A stretch of DNA of 63,669 bases, the filler included, from Collodictyon triciliatum (taxonomy: Eukaryota): assembly GCA_043381765.1 (NCBI GenBank). It is 20 parts of 20 records of this genome, joined end to end, with 100 filler letters (N's around TTAATTAATTAA, not from the genome) between each part and the next. Parts side by side here need not be neighbours in the genome. Positions count along the whole stretch, not along the records: positions 38,555 to 41,803 come from JBHJMP010007571.1; positions 41,904 to 45,152 come from JBHJMP010007572.1; positions 45,253 to 48,500 come from JBHJMP010007573.1; positions 48,601 to 51,848 come from JBHJMP010007574.1; positions 51,949 to 55,196 come from JBHJMP010007575.1; positions 55,297 to 58,544 come from JBHJMP010007576.1; 14 more parts are not named here. One strand, 5' to 3'. The notes under the pieces were generated by a model. It worked only from the letters and a program-made list of their open reading frames with translations. It was not told where the DNA came from and did not search any database. Both the position numbers and the translations under genes were made by a program. Shown here piece by piece: positions 41,479-55,543 of this stretch (its first letter is position 1; every line of letters begins with the position of its first letter).

Positions 41479-41903
41479 GATCTGGACAGATTCTGTATAT
41501 ATGTATAGATGGACTGGCTGGGTGTCAATACAATACACATCATTTATTTGTTTTATGAGTGGACTTGACAATCACATAGGACAGAATTACTCGAGTCAGG
41601 ACGGTAGGGTTGTGCACACGGAGATCAGAAAGTACTTCGTGAATAAAAAAAGAGAGGAAGGATTTCGACAAGACGAGGTTAAATATCCCACAAATGCCCG
41701 GCGGATTTTTCAGAGAAGACGACTTGTGCAGAACTTGTGTGCTTGTGCTTCCTTGGAAATTCACCGGTTCGGGGTTGGCCACAGCCAAGGTTGACCTCTT
41801 GCANNNNNNNNNNNNNNNNNNNNNNNNNNNNNNNNNNNNNNNNNNNNTTAATTAATTAANNNNNNNNNNNNNNNNNNNNNNNNNNNNNNNNNNNNNNNNN
41901 NNN

Positions 41904-44900
41904 CGGCATAAATAGGCCTGGCTATGGATTGGAATTCAGGAAGTGTAGATTGATTAGTTTTCAGAAACTCAACCCTTTCTCTCCACTCTCCAGCAGAGGT
42001 AAAGAAGGCAACAGGGCCTTCTGGGACTGGAATAGATTTGATAATAACTCCGGCGATGTTCAGACAGAATTTCGACATTCTTAGATTCTTTAGTAAAACC
42101 ATAGTATTTAGTATATTTGATTACAATTTAAGAATAACAATATCGTTGATTTTATCACAAATTCTTACCCGAATAAGGCCGGAACACAATTGATTTAAAT
42201 TTGGTATTCTTTTGCACAGCGTTTCAGCAAAGATTTTTGCTGCTTCAATTACATTTTCGTTAAAGATATCTACTTCGGTGCGATACAGAGCATCAAGTAG
42301 ACTCTCAGTATCCATTTTATTAGCAACACCAATAAGCATATTATAAACGTTAGCAGCATCAATAGATTCCACGATTTCTAATCGCTTTGCCTCCAAAATA
42401 AGCTCGACGAGGATGATTATTTTCTTTGCAGGTGCTGATTCTTCAATACGTCGTTGGAGAATATTGACGACCTTCACACTCGTTGATGGCGAAAAGCTGT
42501 TGCAAATAAGGCAGACAATCGAAAGCATATTTTTTGGTTCTCTGAAACAGTTCTTTCTGAGTAGCTTCATAATGGTATATTCGTCTGAAAATGTATCAGC
42601 GACGCTCTTTTGCTTAAAAATTGAAACATATTCTGCCATCTGCAATTCCTCAGGCTCATATTCTAATAGGAGCAAAACGGCATCCTCCCTAATGCCATCT
42701 TCGAGAAGAATTCTAACGATACCCATTAATTTCCTTTTGTTCTTTGACGAGTTCAGTCTTGCGATGGACGACCAGAATTCCTTGACAGTTTCTGGTCTGT
42801 ATCCTCTTTCTTCAGATTTTAGAGACTTATAAACTTCGGAAATATCTAAATGTAATGCAAATATGTAGATTTATTACATTCCATGTATTCAACAAGTATT
42901 GTATGTAAAATCTTAATAATGGTTAATCATATAATTACGCAATTGAAAAACCTTCTGGGCTCAAAACTTCGACGAGAAAATCCGGGATAGCAATAGGAGA
43001 AAGTATGCAATTAAGCTTCAAAACATCTAAAATATGCATTTGTGCCTCCATGTTGCCAGTATCGTATTGCTTGCAATCATATCTGTATATAAAGAAATCA
43101 ATGGCCTTGATATCTCCCTGATGAGAAGAAGAGACACATGATTCGAAAGAGAAATTAAGAAGCCAGGCAAGTATCGGCCATTCTGTGCTTGCATCCTTCA
43201 TTCCTTGTTCAACTATGCTTTTTAGTGTAAACAAAAATTCCCTCAGGTTTTCTTTGGTGATGTGCTTAGGGATTTCTGACAAAATAAGCTCTTGTCCTCG
43301 CGTTATCGCTCCACCAAGAATGCCGATGAATTTGGTAGAAAAAATTATATTTCGAGCTTTTTGCGCTAGGAATATCAATAAGAAAGCAAGTCTGCAATAG
43401 TCTTTTTTATCTTTTGCAAGAGATCGAATATTTGATATTATACGATGTTCATCAAGTTCCCTCTTACATACAAATGCCAGTTCGTGGATAATATTGACAA
43501 CAGTCTTAGCAGAATTACTTTTGACAAGCAAGAGTGGGTTCCTTCCTTCATCAACAGGAGAGAGGTAGCAAGAAACAATATTCTTCAAAATCATATCGAA
43601 TCCTTCGTCTAAGGAGTAGCCATCTATTCGTGAGGAGAACCAAAGAAAGCCTGATGGGACATCCCACGAGAGGTCAGGATGGAATATAAACCCTGGCTTA
43701 CCATCATTATGTCTGCATTCGTAATTAAATTTTTTTGACTTGATAGGATGGCTTGTTATTTCGAACGTATAGGTGCACGTGTTATATTTCTCAATTAGGA
43801 AATAATAAACACCAGGAATAAAAGATGACATCAATAACTTTCCTTCATGGCCATATTTTTTTGCTTTCCGGTAATTTCCGGATAATTCTGGAATACAGTT
43901 AACAATTATCTGATGTTGGGAAAATGCATTCGGGAAAGGCTCTTTCAGTGCTACAAAGACAACAGCATCATTATTGGACATATTGGACTGGTATCCTAAT
44001 GTAACTGTACTAAAACTAGATAACTCATATGCCTCCGCATCCTCTTTAAGTTTCTGGATAAACTTCGGTGGGTCAGCGACCAAATCCATGGGAAACTGGA
44101 GCCATCTTCCGGTTGATATTATTTCGACAAGTCCTTTGAACAACGGTATGGATTTTTCTTTGTTAATTTTTCCGAAATCGACTATGCGGCTTTGATATCT
44201 GGTATTGTGCTGGTGAATTGGGATTACCTTTTTGAAACTCACCCCGCTGTGGAATATAAACCTGCTACTCTTGGGGTGATGTGCATAGTGAAAGAGTGAT
44301 TGCGATTGACGATTTTCACCATCCCAATTCAAAGAGAACATGTATTTCATGCTTTCAGCTTTTGGAAAAACACAGCAGAACAAACCTTTTTCGAACTTGA
44401 TAAGCGTGTATTTTTTCTCGCTCTTTTCGTTGATGGTGATTAGATTGATTGAAAATCCCGGGAGAGGTCTCCCTTCACAGTTTTCCTCAATAGCAAGAAA
44501 AATGAACAAGGGGTCTTCTCTCAGGCCATACTCTTTTTCCATATTGAATCCGACATACGCTTCATCATTTGGCTCAGAGAAAGTATTTGCTTTATCAACT
44601 TGAGCAGTTGTTTGTTCTGGGGAAGTGATAGAAGGCGATTCAACAGCCACCCATTCCGATGAAATCGATGATGACTTTTCTTCACGTGATTGCAAGTCAT
44701 CAGTACCACGTAATGTGTGACTATTTTCTTCATCCTCAGAAGATACTGCTGGTGCAATATGGAATGTATTTTGCTTTGCGGGTGGGGATGATTGAAGAGC
44801 GTCATGTGTGATTTTTGGTGCTGATTGCGGGCTGGTTGGTGGCAATTCCATGGGCTTTGATTCGAGAATAGAGTCATCTCTCTCTTCTTGATTCCTATCT

Positions 44901-45152
44901 GCAATAGATTTAGGAGACGGGGTTTTTACATCATCAAGATTTGCTGCTGGAGGGTTGCTTGGTGGGGCATGTCCTGCTTTTGGGATTCCTTCGATCTTCT
45001 CTACCATATTCGGGATATTTGAGAATAAATCATGCACTTCCTTTTCCGTCAAGCTCTTCAAATCACCTTTATGGTAGTAGCCTCTGTATATCAGTATGAT
45101 GGACTGTTCAACAGGAACACCCGCTTCCTTCCATTCACACACCATTTCGGAC
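41904..45152 (-). CDS. Large intron-poor protein, truncated at both ends; exons >45152-42952, 42845-42169, 42087-<41904
   Basis: The 736-aa ORF joins downstream ORFs through phase-compatible GT-AG introns. It contains a low-complexity linker, two related beta-rich segments and then a helical region. Confidence 0.8.
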
Positions 45153-45252
45153 NNNNNNNNNNNNNNNNNNNNNNNNNNNNNNNNNNNNNNNNNNNNTTAA
45201 TTAATTAANNNNNNNNNNNNNNNNNNNNNNNNNNNNNNNNNNNNNNNNNNNN

Positions 45253-45322
<70 letters not shown>

Positions 45323-45444
45323 TTATTTTGTATTATGTTACACAACCAGTTGGAACGTCCGGTCAGACTAACAGTCGCAATATATTTTGCGTAGCATTTC
45401 CTCTGATTTTTCTGTCATACATGCACCAATATCTATGCAGGTCG

Positions 45445-48199
45445 ATGTTCGCTGCGCTTGGCTTCGGGGTTGTTAAATCAATACGCTCAGTAACTGCCCT
45501 GGCCTTTGCGCTGTTTTTGTTGCAGTCGAAGCTTCCTGTTACCGTGGCTCTCTTCTTTATCTTCATCAGCACCGCAATACCGGTCATCCCGCTCGCTTCT
45601 CCTCTTCTCCCACCGAAGCGCATATCCACCCCTAAACTGGTTTGGATTGTGATGACATATCCTCAACATCACCATTTGTTTTCCCCTTAATTGTTGTAGC
45701 TTCATCTTAGAGAAAGCTTTCAAAACCCGATGAAAACTTATTTCATTTTTCAATACAAACTCCTTGGCTCATTTTTCTTATTTTATATTGATTTTTCTTT
45801 ATATGCTTTAGTGGAGACGCATTATTACGTTCAGTATTTTGTGTGCAGTTAATATGTACTTTTGGGTGATTGGTCTTCGCGACTGCGGTCCGATTCGGTA
45901 TCAAAAAACAAAAACAAAATAACATCCTATCTCACAATATTTTGTGTTCCTGAATATGCCAAAAAAAAATATCAAATTCTATTGCATCACAGCCTCCAAC
46001 AAGAATTTTTTTTTTAAAAAAAAAAAAACACATCTCGAATCTGATTTTTAGCCTCGAATGATCGCTGGCCAACACTATTCTCACACGTTGATTCCCAACC
46101 AGAACTTTTCTTCTTGATTACTGCGATTTGGCACTTGCTGTTCTCCTTGGATTCGTCATCAATGGTCAAAGTGCATCTTCAAAGGTTTAGCTTACTGAGA
46201 GTAATAGAATGATTTTTTGTGTTTTTTTTTATCAAAGTAACTTTCCGCTATTTTCTCTGCTATTTTATAATATTAACTTTAATATCAAACAATCGTATTT
46301 TTCAAAATAGAAAATATATGGCGCAGTCATTTGCATCGCCGCTACGATTCTTCCTGTTTTCTTGCAACAAAGTCAGTTTGGAACTCCATGGAACTCATCT
46401 AATGTCGAAACACTCACTGAAGTTACTGATTCGAAACCGGCATCCGATGGCGAGGCTCTGCATGCGCCATTTGATATCGATTTGGGCTTTTTCGTTATAT
46501 CCGAGACCTTTGTAAAGTTTTTTTTTTTAATCTTTTTGGTCGTTTGTCCTGAAATTACCTGCTATTTGTATTTCAACTCGTTCCTTGTTTACCCGTTGAA
46601 AAATTAACTGACTACTCTCACAAATTCCATGCTCTCCTTTTTGTTGTAGATCGGGACTGCAGCTCTTCTTTTTTCCACGTTGTTGACCTTTGTTCGCAAA
46701 CATATGGGAAGGCAGCTCGGACTGGACATTGGAGGTCCGAGGCGTCTTTACCCTCTCTCAAACCTTATAGGTGCAGCTGCTCTTATCCCGTTTGCTGGCT
46801 ATCAGCTTTTCACCGTAAGAACCATGCCAAAATACATTTGATATCAAAGAATTGATTATCCAAATAAGAAGTGGTTTTCTCCTTTCTCCTTTTTTTCTCC
46901 TTTTTTCTCCTTTTTTCTCCTTTTTTCCCTTTTTTCCCTTTTTTTTTTCCTTTTTCCTTTTTTCTCCTTTTTTCTTTTCTTTTCCTCTATACTTTTTATG
47001 TATCCTTTCTCCTGAAGAAAAAATCAGCAAAATTCCTTCTATACATTGAAGCTATATATTTCTATTATGCAGCGGATTGAATTCTGGTTTATCTTTGAGT
47101 TTCAGTGACACATTATCCTTTTTTTCTCGTCAAGAACGCAATGAATATTCTGGTTGTAATATCTTGGTTCAATAGATGGACGAAACCATTCAATCAGCAT
47201 TGTTCCATTACTCTGGGTTGGGAACTCTTGTTGCCACTGGGTTGTTTATGTTCGCACTTGATTTCTTTGTGGAATCTTCTGTCGACCCTCGCTCGCACCC
47301 AAAAACCACTGTGAACATCGGCTTTGTTGTAAGCTTTATTGTAGGGACCTTCGCTAGTTATATGTGGCATTATCAACTTAACTGGATCGACTTTGTTGCC
47401 TTCTTTATGACATTTCATGGTTAGTAGTGCCATTTAAACACAAATACGAACTCTTTTTTGTCTTGTTTTTTTTATATTCTTCCTTTCAATTTTTGTCTTG
47501 TTTTGTTATGTTTCTTCTATTTTCTATTTCCCCTTTTTTATATCTCTTTGAAATATGAAGTTAAACCTGAATTTAATGGATGAAAAATGATCTCAGGAAT
47601 TGATTCTTTGTGCAATTATGATTCTATGAAATCTGATTTACCACTGCATAAGCACTCTGAAGACGAGCACCCACAATTACACAGCTTTGGGGGGATTCTT
47701 TCTGTCATCATGTCCCAAAAAGACTCTAGAAACATATTCATGTATCTCTCCCTCAACTTTGCATTCATGTTTATGGAATTGCTTTACGGTTTTTGGAGTA
47801 ACAGTTTGGGTCTTATTTCCGATTCGTTCCATATGCTCTTTGATTGTATGGCTCTGGCTATTGGCTTGTATGCTTCAGTGATGGCCAAGTGGAAGCCCAA
47901 CCGTATCTATTCATACGGGTAGATTGTCTCTCCAAACAATATATTTAATTTTTTAATTTTTCAATAATTCACCAACATTTCTTAACTAAAATAACAAGGA
48001 AATTATGGAAATATTGCTTTTGTTCAAAAATTTTAGGTATGGACGATTCGAAGTTCTGTCAGGCTTTGTAAATGGCATTTTTCTTGTCTTTATTTCTTTT
48101 TTCCTTTTATTGGAGGCCATCGAACGAGTCTTTGAACCACCAGAAATCAATACAGATAGGCTACTGCTCGTCTCTGTAATTGGGTTTTGTGTGAATATG
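45445..48199 (+). CDS. SLC30A5: Cation diffusion facilitator zinc transporter, ZnT5/Msc2-like, 3' truncated
   Basis: N-terminal exons with GLRDCGPIR and GGPRRLYPLS are ZnT5-type. The CDF core reads SRNIFMYLSLNFAFMFMELLYGFWSNSLGLISDSFHMLFDC...YSYG|YGRFEVLSGFVNG. Confidence 0.9.
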
Positions 48200-48829
48200 G
48201 TACTTTTCCTTTCAGTTATGACATCAAAGTATACAGTTAACTTTTCTCTCTCTCTCTCTTTTTTTTTTGACGAGAAAATCATTAATAAGTTGCGTTTTGT
48301 TTCATTTGGGGTTTTTGTTTTTGTTTTTGTTTTTGTTTTTTGTTTTTGTTTTTTGTTTTTGTTTTTTGTTCTTGTTTTCGTTCTTGTTTTTGTTCTTGTT
48401 TTTGTTCTTGTTTTTGTTCTTGTTTTTGTTCTTGTTTTTGTTCTTGTTTTTGTTCTTGTTTTTGTTCTTGTTTTTTTTTTTTTTTTTTCTTGTTTGTTTT
48501 NNNNNNNNNNNNNNNNNNNNNNNNNNNNNNNNNNNNNNNNNNNNTTAATTAATTAANNNNNNNNNNNNNNNNNNNNNNNNNNNNNNNNNNNNNNNNNNNN
48601 ATTATTACTATTATTACTATTATTACTATTATTACTATTATTACTATTATTACTATTATTACTATTATTACTATTATTACTATTATTACTATTATTATTT
48701 TACTTGATGGTTTCTTTGTGAGACGATAATTTAGCCAGTGATTCCAACAGAAGTAAAGTGCTCTAATACATACCCGTCGATTAAATTTGTAGCATTCGAT
48801 ATGATCATCAGTCAATTGCGGTGTATATA

Positions 48830-51400
48830 CTTACCGACTCAACACATGAGTATTCAAGCTGATATATGATCACTTCCAGAAACTCTGCAATTCCAGGAAG
48901 GAAAGATATGCTTGTCTAGGACGATTGTTTGAGTTATCAAGGCTATGTCTCTTGACAATTTCTCTGAAAAGAAATTTTCTTTTCTTTTCTTATTTTCTTA
49001 TTTTATTTTATTATTTTTTTTGCAAACTTGAGCATCATGCAATTAAAAACAAACCGCATTTACGGCAAAAATGTAGAGGCACCGAAGAATGACCAAGTCT
49101 AGCATGTCAGCACTTTGGTTCTCTTTCAACCTGATTCCATACAAATGTACATATGTACACAAATTTACTGTACTTTAAAGTATTCAAAATTGAAAATCAT
49201 GCGATTCAGTGTGAAATGGAATTAAAAGCACACTAGGAGGTCACGTACCTTTGAGATTTCTTCTCATCCAAAATTTGTAGAAGAACAAGAATAGCACCGT
49301 TGATAATATAGTCGACGATGATACTGTTTTGGATTTCAGTCAATGCGTATAGTGTAATCAAAGAGTTTGTAGAGAAGAAAAAGACAAAAGACAAAAGACA
49401 AAAGACAAAAGACAAAAGACAAAAGACAAAAGACAAAAGACAAAAGACAAAAGACAAAAGACAAAAGACAAAAGACAAAAGACAAAAGACAAAAAGAGAG
49501 GATACGAACTCATCTTTTGAATATTCATTCGTTACCTTTGTGTGGCTTTATTTAGGTAATCAAAGAATGACTCCATTGAGGTAATATTAGCATCTTCACG
49601 CAAGAGGGATAAAGCAAGCCGTACATTCCTATGATGACAATTCTTCTTGAAAGACTTGATTCATAATCCGGATAAGAATGCTAGAGTGAAATACCTAAAC
49701 TCGATCGTTCTGGTTGATTCATGCTCTTTACCGGTCTTCGCAAAGGAATTAGTGAAAATATAAAGTGATTTTAAAAATCGAGACATAAATGGAAACCTTA
49801 TTTTTGCTGTTGTTGCTAATAGTTACTATTTTGCAATAATAATTTTAAAATATTAGTTACGTTTCCTCTCTGGACTCTCTGCGGTGAGAATGACATTGAA
49901 TAGGGGCTTTGACTTAACGTGGGAAGCTATGATAACCCCCAAAAAAATTTTGAGAAAGTGCCCGAAATATATACCTCGATAATATTGACAAAGGTCCGAA
50001 CAAAAACGAGCAGAAAGAAAGATTGAATAAATGCGAAATTCTTTGGAGCAGCGATAACTTGGGCGATGATATTTTCACATAGTTCACCTTCAATGACTCA
50101 GGAATATCGTCCATTCCGGACGCATCTGTCATGTGTTGTACAGCAGTTGGTTCTAATTTGAAGATGTATGATACAGAGCCTCGATCGGATAAGAAACAAA
50201 AACTCGAGATAAAATAAATGCTACCGAATTTCTGGGAGGTCGTAAGAAATAAGCATAAAATAAAATACGAGATGACAATTTTTTATGACCCGTGATTACA
50301 CACCGAATCTATTATCTCGCGTAAAACCGTCACCATTATCATTATCATCATCACTGCATTGTTTTTCTCGATGGAAGCGTCGCGTATTTTTTATTTCAAA
50401 ATCGTCGACATTCTGAAACATATGTTAAGATTAATTGGCGACGTAAAATATTCTGTTTGGATATAAATTAGCACCAACTCCGAGATAAAAGAGGCTGAAA
50501 TTTTCACGGGATGTAATAAGATAGGAAGGCGTGCAACACTGATATATGATATGAAATAAATATTATTGCCTCGTCGTCATCAAATGCAGATTCCTGATGA
50601 ACTCTGAAATCCCTGCTTGGAGGGCGTGAGACATACTCTGGCCTCGGGGTACTTGAGCGATTGTGCAAAAGTGTTGATTCATGAGATAAAGGCACGGCTG
50701 ATAGATTTGATTGGCGTGCAGGAACGAAAGCGCCTAATTCAGTCGATTTTGTAACACCAGATATTTGAGAAATATCATCGGGTAACTCTGTGCGCATCTG
50801 AGGGACCGCCACGGTTTTTTTAATCTGCAAAGAGAAGTAAAATTAATTTTTTTTTTAATATTATTATCATTGGCTACCCCTCTATGAGGAAAACGACAAT
50901 TTGTTGCGTGGAGCTGCTTATTCTTTTGGTTTGTTTATTTGTTTATTTGTTTATTTGTTTATTTGTTTATTTGTTTATTTGTTTATTTGTTTATTTGTTT
51001 ATTTGTTTATTTGTTTATTTGTTTATTTGTTTATTTGTTTATTGATGAAAGAAGACAATATCTGTAGTTTTTGTTGGGGCTTTCAGTACATGATGGTCTG
51101 GTTTTTCGAGAAATATGGGTAACAAACATACAATAAGTTCGGATGGTACCGCAGGCGTGGATGCCGACCTAGTGGAGCAACAAGTTAATGCTCATGCGCT
51201 CTTTATTCTTGATATTTGATAAATGACGGCGATGATAAATATAACATCGATACATCAAATAGGCCTAAAAAATAACAATAGCGAAACTAGAAAAAAAAAA
51301 ACCTTTGCTTCGACTTGCTGCTCTTGTCCTTTTTTGAAGACTCTTCCGAACCCCCTGCCTCATCGCCCTTGCTCTTCTTCCGTCCAAAAAACCTCTTCAT
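48830..51400 (-). CDS. Unidentified multi-exon gene, 5' part
   Basis: Likely start MKRFFGRKKSK near 51400, an exon at 50570-50825 and several smaller splice-bounded exons. Structure not fully resolved. Confidence 0.4.
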
Positions 51401-51561
51401 TCTTTGCAACCTTTTGACACTGCACGAGAAGACGATCTTGTCAATCCTTGCCTTAAATACGCAACTTCTTTCTTCACTTCGCGCCTTGATCCCTTGAAGA
51501 ACTCGTGAATGAATATATCCCCAAGTTTAAATCAACAGAATAGTTCAGGAAAATTTGAATA

Positions 51562-51603
51562 TGATATCGATATATACTTAATATTAAGTATATATCGATA
51601 TCA
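51562..51603. repeat. Perfect 42-bp palindrome
   Basis: tgatatcgatatatacttaat|attaagtatatatcgatatca; the two halves are exact reverse complements. Confidence 0.95.
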
Positions 51604-51948
51604 GAATCTATGATTTTTTATGATTTTATTTGATTTCATTTGCTTTCATTTGATTTCATTTGCTTTCTTTATTTCATTTATTTATTTATTGCGGGAAACG
51701 AGGCTTGGTCACCGGATAGGCGATGATGGTTGTATGGAAAGCCAGGCAACGATTCAATAGAGAAAAGAACGACGAAATCGTTACAACATCGACTCAACCC
51801 GCTGTTTCCAAAGCGCAGCCTTCACAGCATCCTTTTGCACTCCAAAGCNNNNNNNNNNNNNNNNNNNNNNNNNNNNNNNNNNNNNNNNNNNNTTAATTAA
51901 TTAANNNNNNNNNNNNNNNNNNNNNNNNNNNNNNNNNNNNNNNNNNNN

Positions 51949-52863
51949 TTTTCTTTCGCTTTAATGACCAAAGGCGATCAAATACACTTGAATGTTTGCA
52001 TCTCTCAACAACCATGGCATATTCCAAGCTCATTTGATATTAAATCATCAGCCTAAAATTCTTGATAATCTGAGAAAATAAGTCGATGGGCCGAAAATAC
52101 AGGCATTATAGACCCGTTGATATTTAAAAGATGCAGAAAAGCGTGCACACCTCGGCTACTCCCGAAACACTGCGCTTTACTTCTCAATAAAACTAAAATT
52201 TGGGTGTGGATAGGCGATCGTACAGTCTATGCAGAAACCGCATATCCAGGATGCATCATGTGTCACAGTGTGGATGAATCTATCGAAATCGCATCGATTC
52301 AATGCAATAGTGTTCAAAAGTGACATAATTTACTCACAAGATACTTTCTGAGTTTAATTGTGCTCCCTGACCAATTCAACGAGTCAGACATCCAGTTTGG
52401 CCTGAAATACCAAACACATTCTGACTATAGTATACTCTGATTAGTCACAGTAGGGACACATACTGTGCTAATTGAAAGGAATATGCGCATTTCTCTCGCT
52501 CCGGTTACTCGAACGGACGAATGATTCATGTATCCACTATGTAAATCCTTGTTCAATACAGCTTCCCGAAAAGCTTTCTGGAACATACCCATATTATTCG
52601 CTACTCTGACCGCAAAAAGTAGAGAGATGCGGGAATATGTCGTGAGATATCTCCTACAACATATTCAACCTCTGCTATCTACGAAATTGTTAAGCCAGTC
52701 GAGATTTCCACTCAAAATATCCCTATCACTCATTTCTCTCCAGTGCTAGCCTCTCCATAATAGCGTCTTCTCTTACTTGTGTGTTGCTCTCTAACCATGA
52801 GCATATGCGTTTCCTCTCGTATAGCATAGTCTAAATGCATTTTGAATCGAATAAAAGGAAAAA
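51949..52863 (+). mobile_element. Decayed L1/Tx1-like LINE: zf-RVT region, ORF2 C-terminus and 3' tail
   Basis: LSTTMAYSKL..., CIMCHSVDESIEIASIQC (degenerate CCHC) and LIERN, with stops and frameshifts. The 3' part is colinear with 38555-38834 and ends in tttgaatcgaataaaaggaaaaa. Confidence 0.75.
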
Positions 52864-55543
52864 CTCAAAACTAGTGAAACTGAAACAGGTAGGTTTATTC
52901 GATATTATAAGCACGAGTTTCAACAAATACTTGAATAAAGAATCCGAATCGATCCTTTCTTATTCTTTATATCACCAATAAGAAGCCTTAGATAAGAAAG
53001 CTTGCGTCAAAGGCTTCCAAAGTAACCCAAAAATTCGCGCTTTGCAGCAACAGTAATGATTTCATCCCGTGTGCTTTTGTGCAATGATTCTGGTCTCAAA
53101 ACCTGCACCAAACAGCCGGTTAGATTCATCGGGTGACACTCAACACTGGTGTGGCTATTTTCTAATCCATGTGATATTTTTACCACTGCAATAGCCGCGT
53201 ATAGAGGAAAAAACATTAGGCAGTGACGCGAGGCAATTTGCTATGGATTATGCGGTTAGAATACATTTCATCACGCAAAGCGATATTCAACAACCAGCCA
53301 ACCAATACCTGATAATAGTATGGATGGCATCATACAAATATCTTTTCCTCGATTTCATCCTTCTCCGCCTTCAGTTTCTCTACAACTCAAACTTTGTGGG
53401 AAGAGACATGAGGAAAGAAACCGAGACAGATATTAAACCTCGCCTTGTCTATCTCATGCAAGCACAAGATCCATACTAAAGGCTTTAGGTCGCAGGACAG
53501 ACCGCTGGATGCAATTCCTGATTCCCGAGTAATTATTCACCATGCAGACACAAATCAGCATCCATGAAAACGATGTCTAGCAAACCAAAGACAAACCTGC
53601 CCGTCATATCATATCTTTTTTTGGTTTCAATTCGGCAATCTGCTGAGAGAAAACAGAGCCGATGAAAACCACCTTGATCCTCTAGGGGAAAAGATGAGCT
53701 TTTGAAGATATAGTGGACAGCTTCGGATGACGTGGTTGTTTTTTTTTGTGTTTAAAGTCCCTGAGGACGAATAAATAAAAAAAAGATAGATAGGAGAGAA
53801 ATCTTGTCATATGCATACTATTCCAGCTGATAAAACCATCCATTATCTTTTACGAATAGCAAGGATTCATGGAGGATTCCTTAAATAGCTTTTTAATATA
53901 CTAAAAACATAAGACAATTATAATCCTATAAGATAATCCATCCTCTTATCAGACAAGCATCAAAGAAGTGAATCAAGCCGATGGCAGAAAACCACGAGGG
54001 TGATAGAACATGTCTTTGACACATATTCGAAAGTATATCTGATTGCAAAGCAAATACAACGATCAGCGCTTGCAATGTATATTGTGCTTATCATTCACCA
54101 TTTTGTCAAATTGAGAACCAAGGGTCAAGAGCTGATGTCATAAGTCGGATCCCAAGCTTGAGATTTCCACTGATAATGAAAATCAGAGCAAATAAGAGCA
54201 AAAGATATTAAAATATCATGCGCTCTAGCCCATTTATCGTTCAAGTAAACTATTTACGATGGCTCTGTGTAGTTCAGAAACCAAAAAGAAACTTCAAGTC
54301 TCACTTCCATCAATACTGAGCAATATCGATGTATTTTCTTTCTGATTGTCTCATCAAGCAAAGTATGGAAAGTAAACCCTTTCCAAGCCTCCACTATCTT
54401 ATACAAACTGAAAGAAAAGAGAAAAAAAGAGGGAATTGATCCACTGTCTCCTGAAAAAAAAACCCATACTATGGAATAAAATAGTATGTAGAGATCTTTT
54501 GAGGCAGGACAGATTATAATAGACTTTTAGGAATCTATTTGCAAAGCAAGAGATAATTGTGCAATTTCACTGATTATTCTTGGTTATCTGTCCTCCTCTT
54601 GATCTTCAACACAATAGAAACCCACATTGGATTTTTTCAATTATCTTTTCAGTTTTTGCAAGATAGAAGACATATTTGCTTAAAATTGCAATATCCGTAA
54701 GTCAATACGGGTAGAATATACCGAGGATGACAAGAATATCACTTCTTTCTGTCTCACTACTCGATTCGTATTCTTTAAAGGAAAAAAAAGACGATAAAGC
54801 ACATGAATCGTTTCCATCTTCTTGTTAACAGCCCATTTGTTTAGTACCAGGACGAAGAGGGATTTCTCTTCTTTTTCTTCCAACAAAATTTTGAAACGTG
54901 ACCGATGGTGGTTTTTGTTTCTAATAAATCGTATTACTTAATTTTAATCACATCCATCTAACTCTCACATCAGATAATTCCATCTGATGTATCTTATTTC
55001 TTAATAACAACCCAAGAAACATCCAATCATCAAATTATAAAATAAAGAACAATGCCATGCAAAAAGAACATTTCCATTTATTTTGATTATCTTATTGAAA
55101 ATAGCGTACATGCATATACATATTATAATTCGTTTGTAAATCTCATGAACTTTTAAGTTTATTTATCTAAGAAGCAGTTATGTTTCTGATTTTTTCNNNN
55201 NNNNNNNNNNNNNNNNNNNNNNNNNNNNNNNNNNNNNNNNTTAATTAATTAANNNNNNNNNNNNNNNNNNNNNNNNNNNNNNNNNNNNNNNNNNNNTCTT
55301 TTTTTCTTTTCTTTTCTTTTTTTCTTTTCTTTTTTTCTTTTCTTTTTTTCTTTTCTTTTTTTCTTTTCTTTTTTTCTTTTTTTCTTTTCTTTTTTTCTTT
55401 TTTTTTCTTTCCTTCTTTTTCTTTTTTCTTTTTTCTTTTTTTTTTTTTCTTTTTTCTTTTTTCTTTTTTTTTTCTTTATTCTTTTTTCTTTCTTGTTTTT
55501 TTATTCCATCGTTTTGACGCAAAAGCAGCTGTGCTTTTGATTG

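Noticed and set aside
53000-54900. Short ORFs in a long non-repetitive tract
   Set aside because: No coherent exon chain or recognisable motif.
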